Assembly (NCBI GenBank): GCA_027064085.1 | Contig: JAMOQH010000126.1 | Span: 5,040-69,039, forward strand | Length of the DNA stretch: 64,000 nucleotides | DNA from: a bacterium | GTDB taxonomy: Bacteria; UBP6; JAFGXH01 | Direction: 5' to 3' | The notes under the pieces: model-generated | Seen by the model: only the letters and a program-made list of their open reading frames with translations | The model's database searches: none | What the model was told of the DNA's origin: nothing | Translations under genes and position numbers: made by a program | Part shown: piece after piece, positions 28,879-38,715 of the stretch | How the letters are laid out: every line of letters begins with the position of its first letter | Numbering within the stretch: the stretch's first letter is position 1

Positions 28879-29636
28879 ATCTCTATTGTTTCTCCCATTT
28901 TAGCAAATCTAATTCTATGATCTTTTATCTGTTTTACTTCCTCTATAACGGTATTCGTTACAGAAGGCTTAATATGGTATAAGTAGATAGGAACATCTTT
29001 TTTAATCTTTTTTAAATCTATAGCAAGTGTTGCAGGAGAATAATGTTTTGATGCATCTGCAACATCTTGAAGAGCATTAGAAAATGAAATTTCCATAAAA
29101 ATAGCCTTTAGGTTTTTCTTTCTATTTGCTGTTTTCCAAATTTGATCAGTATTGCTTGTATCTGATGAATAAATAAAACTTGATTTACCATCATCAATAA
29201 CAAATGCAGTTGATAAAACAGTGTGATTAACTTCAACAGAAGTTATTTTATATCCACCCATAGAAAACTTACTGTTAGGTTCGGTTCCTTTAAATTTAAA
29301 TACTGGATTTTCCTTTGTTGGAATAGATGTAAAATCTGGCCAAATTAACCAATTGAATATATTGTTTTTAACTACTTCTAAAGTTTTATGTGCTCCTCTA
29401 ACATTAATTGGAGGTCTTTGTCCAAAAATTAAATCACCCCATAAAGGCAGATCTTTTATGTGATCCATATGTGAATGGCTTAATAATAAGTTGTCAATTT
29501 TAAGCAATGATTCCATATCCATTGAATGCAATAAACCACCTGCATCAATTAATAATTTATCATCAATTAAATAACTTATGCTATGATTTTCAACTCCTAG
29601 TTCTCCACCACTTACGCCTAGCATTGATATTTTCAT
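28875..29636 (-). CDS. MBL-fold hydrolase resembling class II 3',5'-cyclic-nucleotide phosphodiesterase
   Basis: SHSHMDHIKDL fits the HxHLDH class-II PDE / metallo-beta-lactamase motif. Overlaps murG by 4 nt. Confidence 0.45.
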   Translation of the reverse strand: MKISMLGVSGGELGVENHSISYLIDDKLLIDAGGLLHSMDMESLLKIDNLLLSHSHMDHIKDLPLWGDLIFGQRPPINVRGAHKTLEVVKNNIFNWLIWPDFTSIPTKENPVFKFKGTEPNSKFSMGGYKITSVEVNHTVLSTAFVIDDGKSSFIYSSDTSNTDQIWKTANRKKNLKAIFMEISFSNALQDVADASKHYSPATLAIDLKKIKKDVPIYLYHIKPSVTNTVIEEVKQIKDHRIRFAKMGETIEI

Positions 29637-29644
29637 ATATTCTC

Positions 29645-30301
29645 CTAATTAAACTCTTTAAATCTTTCTTTTTTAGTTAAGTAATCAAAAAATTCACTAA
29701 ATACTTTAAAGTCAGGAATTTTAAAAATTGGACCATTTATTTGAATTAATAGCTCATTTCTAACTAATTTTGCCAAAACTTTTTTTATTATAATTGAGTC
29801 TATCATAATTGAAGATGCTATATCTGAAACAATTATAGTTAACTCTACTTCATTTTCTTCTTCTTTCATCACTTCAATGCCTTTCTCTCTTAAATAGTGA
29901 ACAACTCGGCTTTCTGGTGTTCTTAGAAGTAAGTTTTCTATTTGTAAGTCTGCTTGAGCAAGCCTAGTTGCGAGTTTTTGTAGCATTTTTATTGCAATAT
30001 CAGCATTTCCTCTTATCATTGCCTCAAAAGTAGACGGATTTATTACTAATATTTTTGAATCAACAGAAACTCTTATTGTTGCAGTTCTTGGTTTTCCATT
30101 AAGTATTGCCATTTCTCCAAAGAATTCTCCTTTTTGTAATGTTGCTAGTACTTTTTCTTGGCCACCTATTTTTTTTAAAACTTCAACTTCTCCTTCTTGA
30201 ATTACAAACATCTCATTACCCTTATCGTTATCATGAAAAAGGTATTCTCCTTGTTTAAAAGACTTTCCGTATTTATTAAATAATTGTTCTTCTGCACTCA
30301 T
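29645..30301 (-). CDS. Crp/Fnr-like cyclic-nucleotide-binding protein
   Basis: GEFFGEMAILNGKPRTATIRVSVDSKILVI cNMP-binding beta-roll. C-terminal helical segment PESRVVHYL. Confidence 0.55.
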   Translation of the reverse strand: MSAEEQLFNKYGKSFKQGEYLFHDNDKGNEMFVIQEGEVEVLKKIGGQEKVLATLQKGEFFGEMAILNGKPRTATIRVSVDSKILVINPSTFEAMIRGNADIAIKMLQKLATRLAQADLQIENLLLRTPESRVVHYLREKGIEVMKEEENEVELTIIVSDIASSIMIDSIIIKKVLAKLVRNELLIQINGPIFKIPDFKVFSEFFDYLTKKERFKEFN

Positions 30302-30310
30302 CTAATCTCC

Positions 30311-33292
30311 TTATTTAGTGGTCATTTTAAAGCTACCGTCCCAATTAGCGTCAGGAGGAGTTTCTTTAAAATGATTACATCTATCTATGTATTTTTCTGA
30401 AAGATAATCATTAGGCTTTATTTCTAATATTTTATTAAAAATAGCTATTGATTTATCCCAATTTCTATCCCAATAATATTGTATTCCTTGATTTGTTAAA
30501 TCGCAAATTCTTAATAATTCTGTATTATGTTTATGTTTGGATAATAATTCATAAATGATAACAGGCTCATTTTTACCTTTAACTTTAACTGCGTCTAGTT
30601 TTCTACAGAGCAGGGAATCTTTAACTAATTCGTATGTATATTCACTTATAATAATATTAGTTTTATATTGTTTATTGATACCTTCTAAACGAGAACCTAA
30701 ATTAACATGATCTCCCATTACGGTATAATCAAATCTTTGTTTTGATCCCATGTTTCCAACAGACATGTCTCCAGAATTAACTCCTATACCTATATCAATA
30801 ATAGGTAAGTTTCTTGCTTTAAATTCTTCTCCAAGAATTTTTAGTTCTTCCATCATTTTTAATGCAGTTAAGCAAGCTCTCATTGCATGGTCATCTTGTT
30901 TAATAGGGGCTCCAAAAAATGCCATAATAGCATCGCCCATATATTTATCTAGTGTTCCTTCATAATCAAAAACACATTGAGTCATTGGAGTAAGATAATC
31001 ATTCATAACGACTGATAATTGATCAGGTGTTAATCCCTCTGAAATAGTTGTAAATCCTCTAATATCACTAAATAACACAGAAATATTTTTTTTAACTCCA
31101 CCAAGTGCTAATTTAGAAGGGTCTTTTAGTACTTCGTCAACGACAGATTGGCTTAGGTAGTATTTAAAAGTTTTCTTAACCATTTGTTTTTCTTTTTCTT
31201 CACTAAAGTATCTAAATATTGTTATTGATAAAAACATTATAGATGGAGTAAGTAGGTGTATTAAAATATAGAGTAAATAGCCTTGGCTAAAGAAAAATTT
31301 TACATCAATTAGAAAGATTATATATGTTGCAAGAATTGTTATAATAACATTTATATAAATTTTTAAATATGAAAATAAAATACCTAGAAAGATTACAATA
31401 AATACTAAAAAGATAAGCTCTAAAGGTAAAAAATAGTATGGTCTTTTAAAATAACTACCGTCTAGAATATTTTCTATAAAAGTAGCATGAACTTCAACTC
31501 CAGGGTATGCTTGTGAGGGGTTATATGGAGATGATCTTAAATCAAGAAGGCCTGTTGCTGTTGTTCCAAATAAGATTATCTTTCCATTAATATATTTTTC
31601 TATTTCTTTATGAGATAACTTATCAGTTAAGATAGTTTTCATTGAGATATATTTGAATGTTTCTCTCGGACCATAATAATTTAATACTAAATATGGAGTG
31701 TCAGATTCTAGTTTTAGTTTTTTCTTACCTGAAAAATCAAAATAATAGCCTAACTCCGGTAATCCATTTACTTCATACCTAAGTGCAAAAGTATCTTCTT
31801 TTTTATTTTTATCTTGATAAAATACTTTTAATGCAGATAATCCAAGAGAATATAAAACATGCCTTTTCTTTTGTTCATCTTCTATAGTATATGCAGGATA
31901 ATAGTTTCTTGCAATTCCATCAACATCAGCAATTAGGTTAAATGATCCAAAGTTGTCAGTAGCAAGAACTCCCTCTGCTCTATCTAGCATATCCATTAAT
32001 TCTTCAGGGATTTCATCTTCAGCATTATCTATTTTTTTATTGATTTCATCTACTAGTTTTTTGGGAAGTGGTTTTTCTGCCCAAACGATATCTTTATATG
32101 GAGAATTTAATGCTTCAAACTCTGCAAAAGAAACATTTTTGTTCAAATTTCCTTCGATAAGCTTTACTTCTGCCCTTGATATTATGGAATTAAAGTTTTC
32201 TCTTTTTCTTTTTTCTGAAATATTAGCATCTTGAGAACCAAAAGAGTAACCTACATAACCTAGTATAACATTTCCTGCTTTTTTTATTGCTTTTGCAAAA
32301 ATTTTATCTGGTGATATTTCATTTGATTTTTTATTTAGAAAATCAAGATATTCTTTATTTTTACTTTTCAGGTCATTAAAGCTTATTCTGTATTGTTTTA
32401 TATTTTCTTCTATCGTTGCTATTATTTTTTTAGTTTGATAAATATTATTTTTTAATTGCTTTAATAGCTTTGTTTCTTTTATTGTTTTTGTTTGTATTTT
32501 TTTAGAAAGTTTTTTTCTATTTTTTTCTATTTTTTTAAGTGTTATTTGGGATTTATATAATCTTTTCTTTATTTTTTTTAATTCTAACTCCTTTTGTTTA
32601 ATTAATTCATTTAATTTTTTTATAATTTCACCATTTGAAGTTAGAGATATCTTTTGAAATTTATTATATAATTCTTTAGATGTTTTAATTGATTCATTAT
32701 TACTTGGATCAGCAAAAACCATATCAAATGCAACTGCTTTTGCTCCCATCTTTTTTAATTTTAAAACAATATTTGAAAGTTTTCTTCTATCTATAGGCCA
32801 ACCATATTTATCTAAAGTGGCATCATCCATATCAATAATAGTAACAGAATTAGAAACTTTTTTGATTCCTCTTGTGTTATATTTAAATTTTTCAATAGAG
32901 CGTTCTAAATAACCAAATACTCCAGAGTAAACATTATTATTAACCGTAAAATAATCTAATGTTACAACTAGTATAACTAAATACATTACAACAGCAAATG
33001 CTGATTTTGATGGATTTATCCTTGTTCTAGCTTTTTTATCAGTAGCTAACAAGGGAATTATTGGAGTCAGAATAAAAGATGATAAAAATAATAATATTAT
33101 TTTCTTTTTACTGTATTTTTGCTTTATAAGATAATAAAGCCAATATAAGAATATCGATGATACTCCAACAGCTATAGAAATATCTGTTCTTAATATTGAA
33201 AATAATGATAATAAAAATAGTACAAAGTTAATATATAACAATAGCACTAAGGGGTTTGTTTTGGGATTAATTATATTTATTAAAGCTTTCAT
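30311..33292 (-). CDS. CHASE2-sensor membrane adenylate/guanylate cyclase (class III) with a Lys-rich coiled-coil insertion
   Basis: N-terminal TM + CHASE2 (IIDMDDATLDKYGWPIDRR...AVAFDMVFADPS), a TM bundle, then a cyclase domain (VLFSDIRGFTTISE...YMGDAIMAFFGAP). Residues ~215-330 are KK/EL-rich heptad-like repeats. Confidence 0.75.
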   Translation of the reverse strand: MKALINIINPKTNPLVLLLYINFVLFLLSLFSILRTDISIAVGVSSIFLYWLYYLIKQKYSKKKIILLFLSSFILTPIIPLLATDKKARTRINPSKSAFAVVMYLVILVVTLDYFTVNNNVYSGVFGYLERSIEKFKYNTRGIKKVSNSVTIIDMDDATLDKYGWPIDRRKLSNIVLKLKKMGAKAVAFDMVFADPSNNESIKTSKELYNKFQKISLTSNGEIIKKLNELIKQKELELKKIKKRLYKSQITLKKIEKNRKKLSKKIQTKTIKETKLLKQLKNNIYQTKKIIATIEENIKQYRISFNDLKSKNKEYLDFLNKKSNEISPDKIFAKAIKKAGNVILGYVGYSFGSQDANISEKRKRENFNSIISRAEVKLIEGNLNKNVSFAEFEALNSPYKDIVWAEKPLPKKLVDEINKKIDNAEDEIPEELMDMLDRAEGVLATDNFGSFNLIADVDGIARNYYPAYTIEDEQKKRHVLYSLGLSALKVFYQDKNKKEDTFALRYEVNGLPELGYYFDFSGKKKLKLESDTPYLVLNYYGPRETFKYISMKTILTDKLSHKEIEKYINGKIILFGTTATGLLDLRSSPYNPSQAYPGVEVHATFIENILDGSYFKRPYYFLPLELIFLVFIVIFLGILFSYLKIYINVIITILATYIIFLIDVKFFFSQGYLLYILIHLLTPSIMFLSITIFRYFSEEKEKQMVKKTFKYYLSQSVVDEVLKDPSKLALGGVKKNISVLFSDIRGFTTISEGLTPDQLSVVMNDYLTPMTQCVFDYEGTLDKYMGDAIMAFFGAPIKQDDHAMRACLTALKMMEELKILGEEFKARNLPIIDIGIGVNSGDMSVGNMGSKQRFDYTVMGDHVNLGSRLEGINKQYKTNIIISEYTYELVKDSLLCRKLDAVKVKGKNEPVIIYELLSKHKHNTELLRICDLTNQGIQYYWDRNWDKSIAIFNKILEIKPNDYLSEKYIDRCNHFKETPPDANWDGSFKMTTK

Positions 33293-33419
33293 AAACCTAC
33301 ATTTAAAACTTAGTTAGACATTTTAAGATTAATATATTGAAATGTCAATTTTTTTTTATTATTTATCTATTGAAAGGGGGAGGCCCCTAAAAAAGTAAAC
33401 TCTTCTAGGGGATTTTTTA

Positions 33420-36410
33420 TTATCTTAATAAGCTCATTAAACCTTGAGCTTGCTGATTTGCTTGAGCCAGCATCGCTGTTGATGTTTGAGAAAGAATTTG
33501 TGATTTTGATAATTGAGTTGTTTCTCTTGCAACATCTAAATCTCTAATTGCTGATTCTGCGGCCGTAGTATTTTCTCTTTGGGCAGCTAAATTAGCCATA
33601 GTATATTCTAATCTATTTGCATAAGCTCCAATTCTTGCTCTTTCTGATGAAACCATATCAATAGCTTCATCAAGAGTTCTTATGGATTCTTGAGCTGGTT
33701 CAGGATCTGTTAATAACACCCTTGTTATTCCTAATGCTTGTGCATCCATTTGAGAAATAAATGCATTCATCATTTGCCCTTCGTTTGCTCCAATTTGAAA
33801 ATCCATAGAGTTATCTACTATGTTAATTGTTTCAGTTGATGTTTCATCTGTTGAAGTAAAATCAAAAGCTCTAGTTGCAGTATTCCAATTAACATTTAAG
33901 TTATAATTTGCATCAAATTCTATATCAATTCCATCTATAACACCTTGAAGCCTATTGTCACTAACGGTATCTTGCCCTACAAATTCGCCTGTAATTGCAT
34001 CTCTAACTGTAATGTCCATTTCATTGTTTTTTGCCTCTTGAATAGTAGAAACTCCTAGTGCATTTAATAAGTCTTCATTTGCTGCTAAATATAATCTACC
34101 ATCTTTATCTGTTTTAGGAGATCTAATAACAATAGAGCCTTGCTGATTTTCAAAAGTACCACTTGTTGGAGTATCTATATAATCGGCAACATGCTTATCT
34201 ACAACTACATCACCTGAAGACATTCCCAATCCTCCATCACTTTTATCACCAATTATCGCATTCTCTATTTTCTCAGATAAAACATCTAGTGTGTCTAAAC
34301 CATCGATTAGCACTGTTGAGCTATCTCCAACTCCATTATATACTGTAAGATATTGACCATGATCTCCAAGTATAAAATTTCCATCTGGGTCATAAAATCT
34401 ATCTAAATCAATTAATCTACTATGGCCACTACTATCACCACCGCCATTCATTACATTAAATGTTACTATACCATCACTTACAGGAACACCGGTAACAGAT
34501 TCATTAAAGCTTGTTGCCATAGTTCCAAATTCTATATGTCCTGTTTCTGTATTAATCCAACCTGCTTGTAATTCTGTTGATGCATTGTCTAAGGTGTTAT
34601 CAATATGACTAAATACTGCACCTTGCTGAGGTAAATTATTTGAAGGGTCAAATGCATCTACTCTTGTTAAATCCCTATTGGGAGTATTGTCATTATCATT
34701 AAGGGCAATCAGCATTCTATCTCCAATTTGATAGTTAGCTCCATTACCATTATTTGTAAAAGCTCTATTAAACTCTAATGTCTGTATTCCATCAGTTACA
34801 AGAGTATCAGTTGCTCCATTCCAAATATCATCAGCACTGTACCATGTATCTCCCTGATTAAATGACACTCTTGCATCTAGGCCAGCTGCCCCTAAGCTTC
34901 CATCTGATGTAAATTCAATAATCGCATAACCACCAGTTGCAGAATTACTATTAGTTGTGAATGCATCTGCTGCAGTAGTACCTAAATTACCTAAATTATT
35001 CGTAAATGCATGAAGTCCCTGATCTGCTACTTCAACTGTTGGATCCGCTCCTACAGTTAATGAATAATTGTTGCTTTGACTTGGGTCATCAACAGTAATT
35101 GTTACATTACCCGCACCATCATCATGGGCAGTAATATATTGATTTAAGTCTGTATTTGCATTAATTGCGTCTGCAATTTCAGTTCCATTACCTGCAACTG
35201 TACCTGTTGTTGTGTTTATTACAACAGGAATATCATCTCCACCTAAATTAAATGTTAAATTTACAGCTCCATTAACTGCTGTTGCTGTAATGTCTCCAGA
35301 CATTTGTGAGCTATTTAAACCATTTGAACCATCTTGTAAATATTGTCCAACCATTCCATATATATCATTGGCACCAACTTGTAAGTTTCCATCTGCTCCT
35401 TCGTCAATATTTATTTTATAGTTTGTTGTAGTTGATGGAATTAAACCAACAGTGTTTGAAACACCTGAGATACCCGCTTGAGATTCATTACCTCCTGAGA
35501 AAATATGTATTCCTTGGTCTAATGGGTCAACTCCAGAGCCACTAATCGTAGCTTGAAATCCATTGCCGGCAACACCAGTTTCTCTTGATGTGATTAAAAC
35601 ATCTCCTGTTGGAGTATAATTCGCAATAATACTATCATTTAATCTAGTATCATTATTTATTTGATCAACAATTTCTTGTGCATTATCTAAAATGGTTGCA
35701 CCAGTTGTTGTATAGTTAAAATCTATATCACCATTTCCAAAGTTAAAAATAACATCTACATTTCCTGCAATTGCTGTTGGAGTAATATTTCCTTGCATTG
35801 CTGCTTGTTGTCCAAATAGTGTTATGTCTCTAACGCCTTTGACACCATCTTTAATTCTAAAAACAGATGTTTGTAATACTTGAGGAACGCCTGGGTCTGC
35901 ATGTATTTCTAAGCTATAGGAACCGTCATCAACTTGACCTCTTACAAAAGCATTGATATCTCCTGTTGAAGCAGACCATAATGCACTTGATTCACCAGTT
36001 AAAAGTCTTTTTGTATTAAATTCAGTTCTTTTTGCTGTAGCATCGATTTCTTTAATAAGGGATTCAACTTCATGTTGAACTTCAAGTCTATCATCTGAAG
36101 TTAATGTACCATTAGATGCTTGAATTGCTAATTCTCTCATTCTATGTAGCATTCCATGAACTTCATTTAGAGCTCCTTCTGCTGTTTGAATAAGTGAAGT
36201 TGCTGATTGAGCGTTTTCTTCAGCTCTTGATAAACCTCTTATTTGTGTTCTCATTCTTTCAGATATTGATAAGCCTGATGGATCATCTGCTGCCGAGTTA
36301 ATTCTTAGACCACTTGAAAGTCTTGAGATGGACTTTGTAACCATACTGTTTGCAGTATTTAAGTCATTTTGAGCTGATAAAGCAGCTAAGTTATTATTAA
36401 TTGATAACAT
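33420..36410 (-). CDS. Giant flagellin paralogue 3 (996 aa)
   Basis: N-terminus has LSSGLRINSAADDPSGLSISERMRTQIRGL...TEFNTKRLLTG. C-terminus has RIGAYANRLEYTMANL...LSKSQILSQTSTAMLAQANQQAQGLMSLLR. The central region shares blocks with paralogues 1 and 2. Confidence 0.85.
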   Translation of the reverse strand: MLSINNNLAALSAQNDLNTANSMVTKSISRLSSGLRINSAADDPSGLSISERMRTQIRGLSRAEENAQSATSLIQTAEGALNEVHGMLHRMRELAIQASNGTLTSDDRLEVQHEVESLIKEIDATAKRTEFNTKRLLTGESSALWSASTGDINAFVRGQVDDGSYSLEIHADPGVPQVLQTSVFRIKDGVKGVRDITLFGQQAAMQGNITPTAIAGNVDVIFNFGNGDIDFNYTTTGATILDNAQEIVDQINNDTRLNDSIIANYTPTGDVLITSRETGVAGNGFQATISGSGVDPLDQGIHIFSGGNESQAGISGVSNTVGLIPSTTTNYKINIDEGADGNLQVGANDIYGMVGQYLQDGSNGLNSSQMSGDITATAVNGAVNLTFNLGGDDIPVVINTTTGTVAGNGTEIADAINANTDLNQYITAHDDGAGNVTITVDDPSQSNNYSLTVGADPTVEVADQGLHAFTNNLGNLGTTAADAFTTNSNSATGGYAIIEFTSDGSLGAAGLDARVSFNQGDTWYSADDIWNGATDTLVTDGIQTLEFNRAFTNNGNGANYQIGDRMLIALNDNDNTPNRDLTRVDAFDPSNNLPQQGAVFSHIDNTLDNASTELQAGWINTETGHIEFGTMATSFNESVTGVPVSDGIVTFNVMNGGGDSSGHSRLIDLDRFYDPDGNFILGDHGQYLTVYNGVGDSSTVLIDGLDTLDVLSEKIENAIIGDKSDGGLGMSSGDVVVDKHVADYIDTPTSGTFENQQGSIVIRSPKTDKDGRLYLAANEDLLNALGVSTIQEAKNNEMDITVRDAITGEFVGQDTVSDNRLQGVIDGIDIEFDANYNLNVNWNTATRAFDFTSTDETSTETINIVDNSMDFQIGANEGQMMNAFISQMDAQALGITRVLLTDPEPAQESIRTLDEAIDMVSSERARIGAYANRLEYTMANLAAQRENTTAAESAIRDLDVARETTQLSKSQILSQTSTAMLAQANQQAQGLMSLLR

Positions 36411-36680
36411 GGTAACCTCCCTGTACTAGCTTAATATTGAACCCTCTAAGCTAAAAAAATTATTGCTTTTAGTGGTCTTTCATTCGCTGACAATTTAAAC
36501 ATCGTCAACAAGGTGAAATACTAAAATTTTTTATCCTCTTTTCCTAAAGCAATGAACTTTCCTAAAATATTATTAATTTTAAAATTTAGTAAATACAGTA
36601 GGTTAGCTTTTGTTATTTAAGGTGAATTAAAATTTAATAGTTGTCAATATATTGTCATTATTTTGTAAGTGGCAAGTTTT

Positions 36681-37286
36681 TTATATAAAGTTTATGATTT
36701 TTTTAAGGTTATAGTTTAATTTAATTATTTCTTCAAAAAAAATCAAATCATTTTTATTTAAATAACAAATTGCTTCAATATAGCTTGATAGAAGAAGTTC
36801 TTTTCCTTTGCTATTTCCTGTTTCAAGATATGAGTGTGCCAAGTATAGTTTAATAAATATACTATTTTTTATGTTCTTTTCCTTTTTATAATTTTTTAAC
36901 AAATATGGGATGGCTCTATTGTAATTTTTTGAGATATAAAAAGATAACATTTTATTGATTTCTCTGTTTGGATTTTCATATATAATTAATTTATCAAAAA
37001 CTTTATATATTTTTGACTTTTTAATTTCATCTGATTTTATAAATCTGTATGAGGCTTCTTTGTATAGTCCATTTTTATAATAATAATTTGCTAGAACTTC
37101 ATAGTAAGTTAAATAAACTCCAGTTGCTAGTACTAAAAAATAAAAAATTGCCATTAGAATACTTATAATTGAACGAAATTTTATTCCATGATATCGTCTG
37201 TATATAATAACTCCAATAAAAAATATTGTTGAGCTTAAGATAAATAATAATACAGAATCATTTTTAAAATAATTAAAATCAAACAT
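36681..37286 (-). CDS. Hypothetical membrane protein
   Basis: Two predicted N-terminal TM helices, then a Tyr/Lys-rich helical region. Confidence 0.3.
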   Translation of the reverse strand: MFDFNYFKNDSVLLFILSSTIFFIGVIIYRRYHGIKFRSIISILMAIFYFLVLATGVYLTYYEVLANYYYKNGLYKEASYRFIKSDEIKKSKIYKVFDKLIIYENPNREINKMLSFYISKNYNRAIPYLLKNYKKEKNIKNSIFIKLYLAHSYLETGNSKGKELLLSSYIEAICYLNKNDLIFFEEIIKLNYNLKKIINFI

Positions 37287-37288
37287 TT

Positions 37289-38650
37289 TTATATGTTATT
37301 CCTTAAAGAATAAAGTACCTCATTCAAATTTCCCGCACCAACAGAAAATATAGTATAATTATCTTTAAATATAGATGTTACAAGGTTTCTAGCTTCAGTA
37401 TGGTTGTTAGCAAATTTTAAAAAATTATAGTCATTTTTATTTAACTTCTCAAATAAGTCACTTGCACTTGCTCCTTTAATTATTTCTTCACTTGCGGCAT
37501 ATTCTTTTAAGAGGACCAGGTTTTTAGGCATTTTTAATACTCTTACTATTTCATCAAAACTATCTCGTGTACGAGTATAACGATGTGGTTGATATAAAAT
37601 TATAATATTTTCTTTTCTTAAAATATTTTTAAATAATGCTTCCATTTCAATGGGATGATGAGCGTAATCATCGAATAGGGATATATTTTTTTCTTTATTT
37701 TTGTATATTAATTCACTGCGTCTTTTTACCCCTTTAAAATCAGAAAAGTCTAAATCTAATATATTAATATCGTCAAGCTGGTCAATGGAAGCAATAGCTG
37801 CAACGGTATTTAAAACATTGTATTTGCCGGTTAAAGGTAATTCATATTTTTTTATCTTTTTATTGTTTTTATATAAATCAAAATATGTGGTAAATCCTTT
37901 TTCTTCTATGTTTTTTGGGGTATAAACAGCATTGTCAGAAAATCCAAATGTTATTCCTACTGAAAATATTGATTTTAAATTTTTATCATCAGTGTTCCAA
38001 ATAGTAATTTTACTTTGTTTTGAAAAATTTAAAAAAGCTTTTTTTAGATTTTCAAAATTTCCATAATGGTCTAGATGTTCTGGATCTAAATTATTTAATA
38101 GGGTAATATTAGGAAGTAAATTTAAAAAAGAACCATCACTTTCATCTGCTTCTGTAACAAAAATACCCTTTTCTTTTATTTCTGAATTAGTGTTAAAGTT
38201 AGATAGTATTCCCCCAACATTGAATGAGATATCATTTCTTAAATTTTTTAAGGCATAAGTTATTAAAGCACTAGTTGTAGTCTTTCCATGACTTCCCGCT
38301 ACAGCAATAAGATTATATTCATTTGAAATTAAAGATAGAAATTCACCTCTAATTAAAATAGGGATATTTAATTTTTTTGCTTTAATCGTTTCTTCATTTT
38401 CTTTTACTGCAGATGTTTTTACTATTAATTCTACATTAGGGGTAATATTTGAGGCGACTTGAGAATAAAACACTTTAATTCCTTCATTTTCGAGGTTTTT
38501 AGTTAACTCTGAAGATTTTAAATCAGAACCAGTTACAGTATAATTTTTGGCTTTCATAATTCGAGCTAAAGCACTTACTCCAATTCCACCAATTCCAATA
38601 AAGTGAATCGTTTTTATATTCTTTAAGTTATCAATAGTAAAATTAATCAT
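37289..38650 (-). CDS. murC: UDP-N-acetylmuramate--L-alanine ligase
   Basis: GIGGIGVSALARIM...GSDL N-terminal motif. Mur-ligase central motif AVAGSHGKTTT. Confidence 0.85.
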   Translation of the reverse strand: MINFTIDNLKNIKTIHFIGIGGIGVSALARIMKAKNYTVTGSDLKSSELTKNLENEGIKVFYSQVASNITPNVELIVKTSAVKENEETIKAKKLNIPILIRGEFLSLISNEYNLIAVAGSHGKTTTSALITYALKNLRNDISFNVGGILSNFNTNSEIKEKGIFVTEADESDGSFLNLLPNITLLNNLDPEHLDHYGNFENLKKAFLNFSKQSKITIWNTDDKNLKSIFSVGITFGFSDNAVYTPKNIEEKGFTTYFDLYKNNKKIKKYELPLTGKYNVLNTVAAIASIDQLDDINILDLDFSDFKGVKRRSELIYKNKEKNISLFDDYAHHPIEMEALFKNILRKENIIILYQPHRYTRTRDSFDEIVRVLKMPKNLVLLKEYAASEEIIKGASASDLFEKLNKNDYNFLKFANNHTEARNLVTSIFKDNYTIFSVGAGNLNEVLYSLRNNI

Positions 38651-38715
38651 AATTACCTCAAAAAAGCAAGATACTATAGCATAATTTTAAAAAAAAATCT
38701 TGTAGAAATTGAACT

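Noticed and set aside
33293-33419. Hairpins GGGG-agg-CCCC and CCCCTA-N16-TAGGGG downstream of flagellin 3
   Set aside because: In the transcribed (minus) orientation neither hairpin is followed by a clean U-run (CTTTC only). This is a possible weak terminator and the call is uncertain, so I did not record it as a feature.
36411-36680. Promoter upstream of flagellin paralogue 3
   Set aside because: I found no convincing sigma28 (GCCGATAA-like), sigma54 or sigma70 match on the minus strand. TTGACG-N17-GAATGA and TTGACA-N17-CACCTT have poor -10 elements. Left unannotated.
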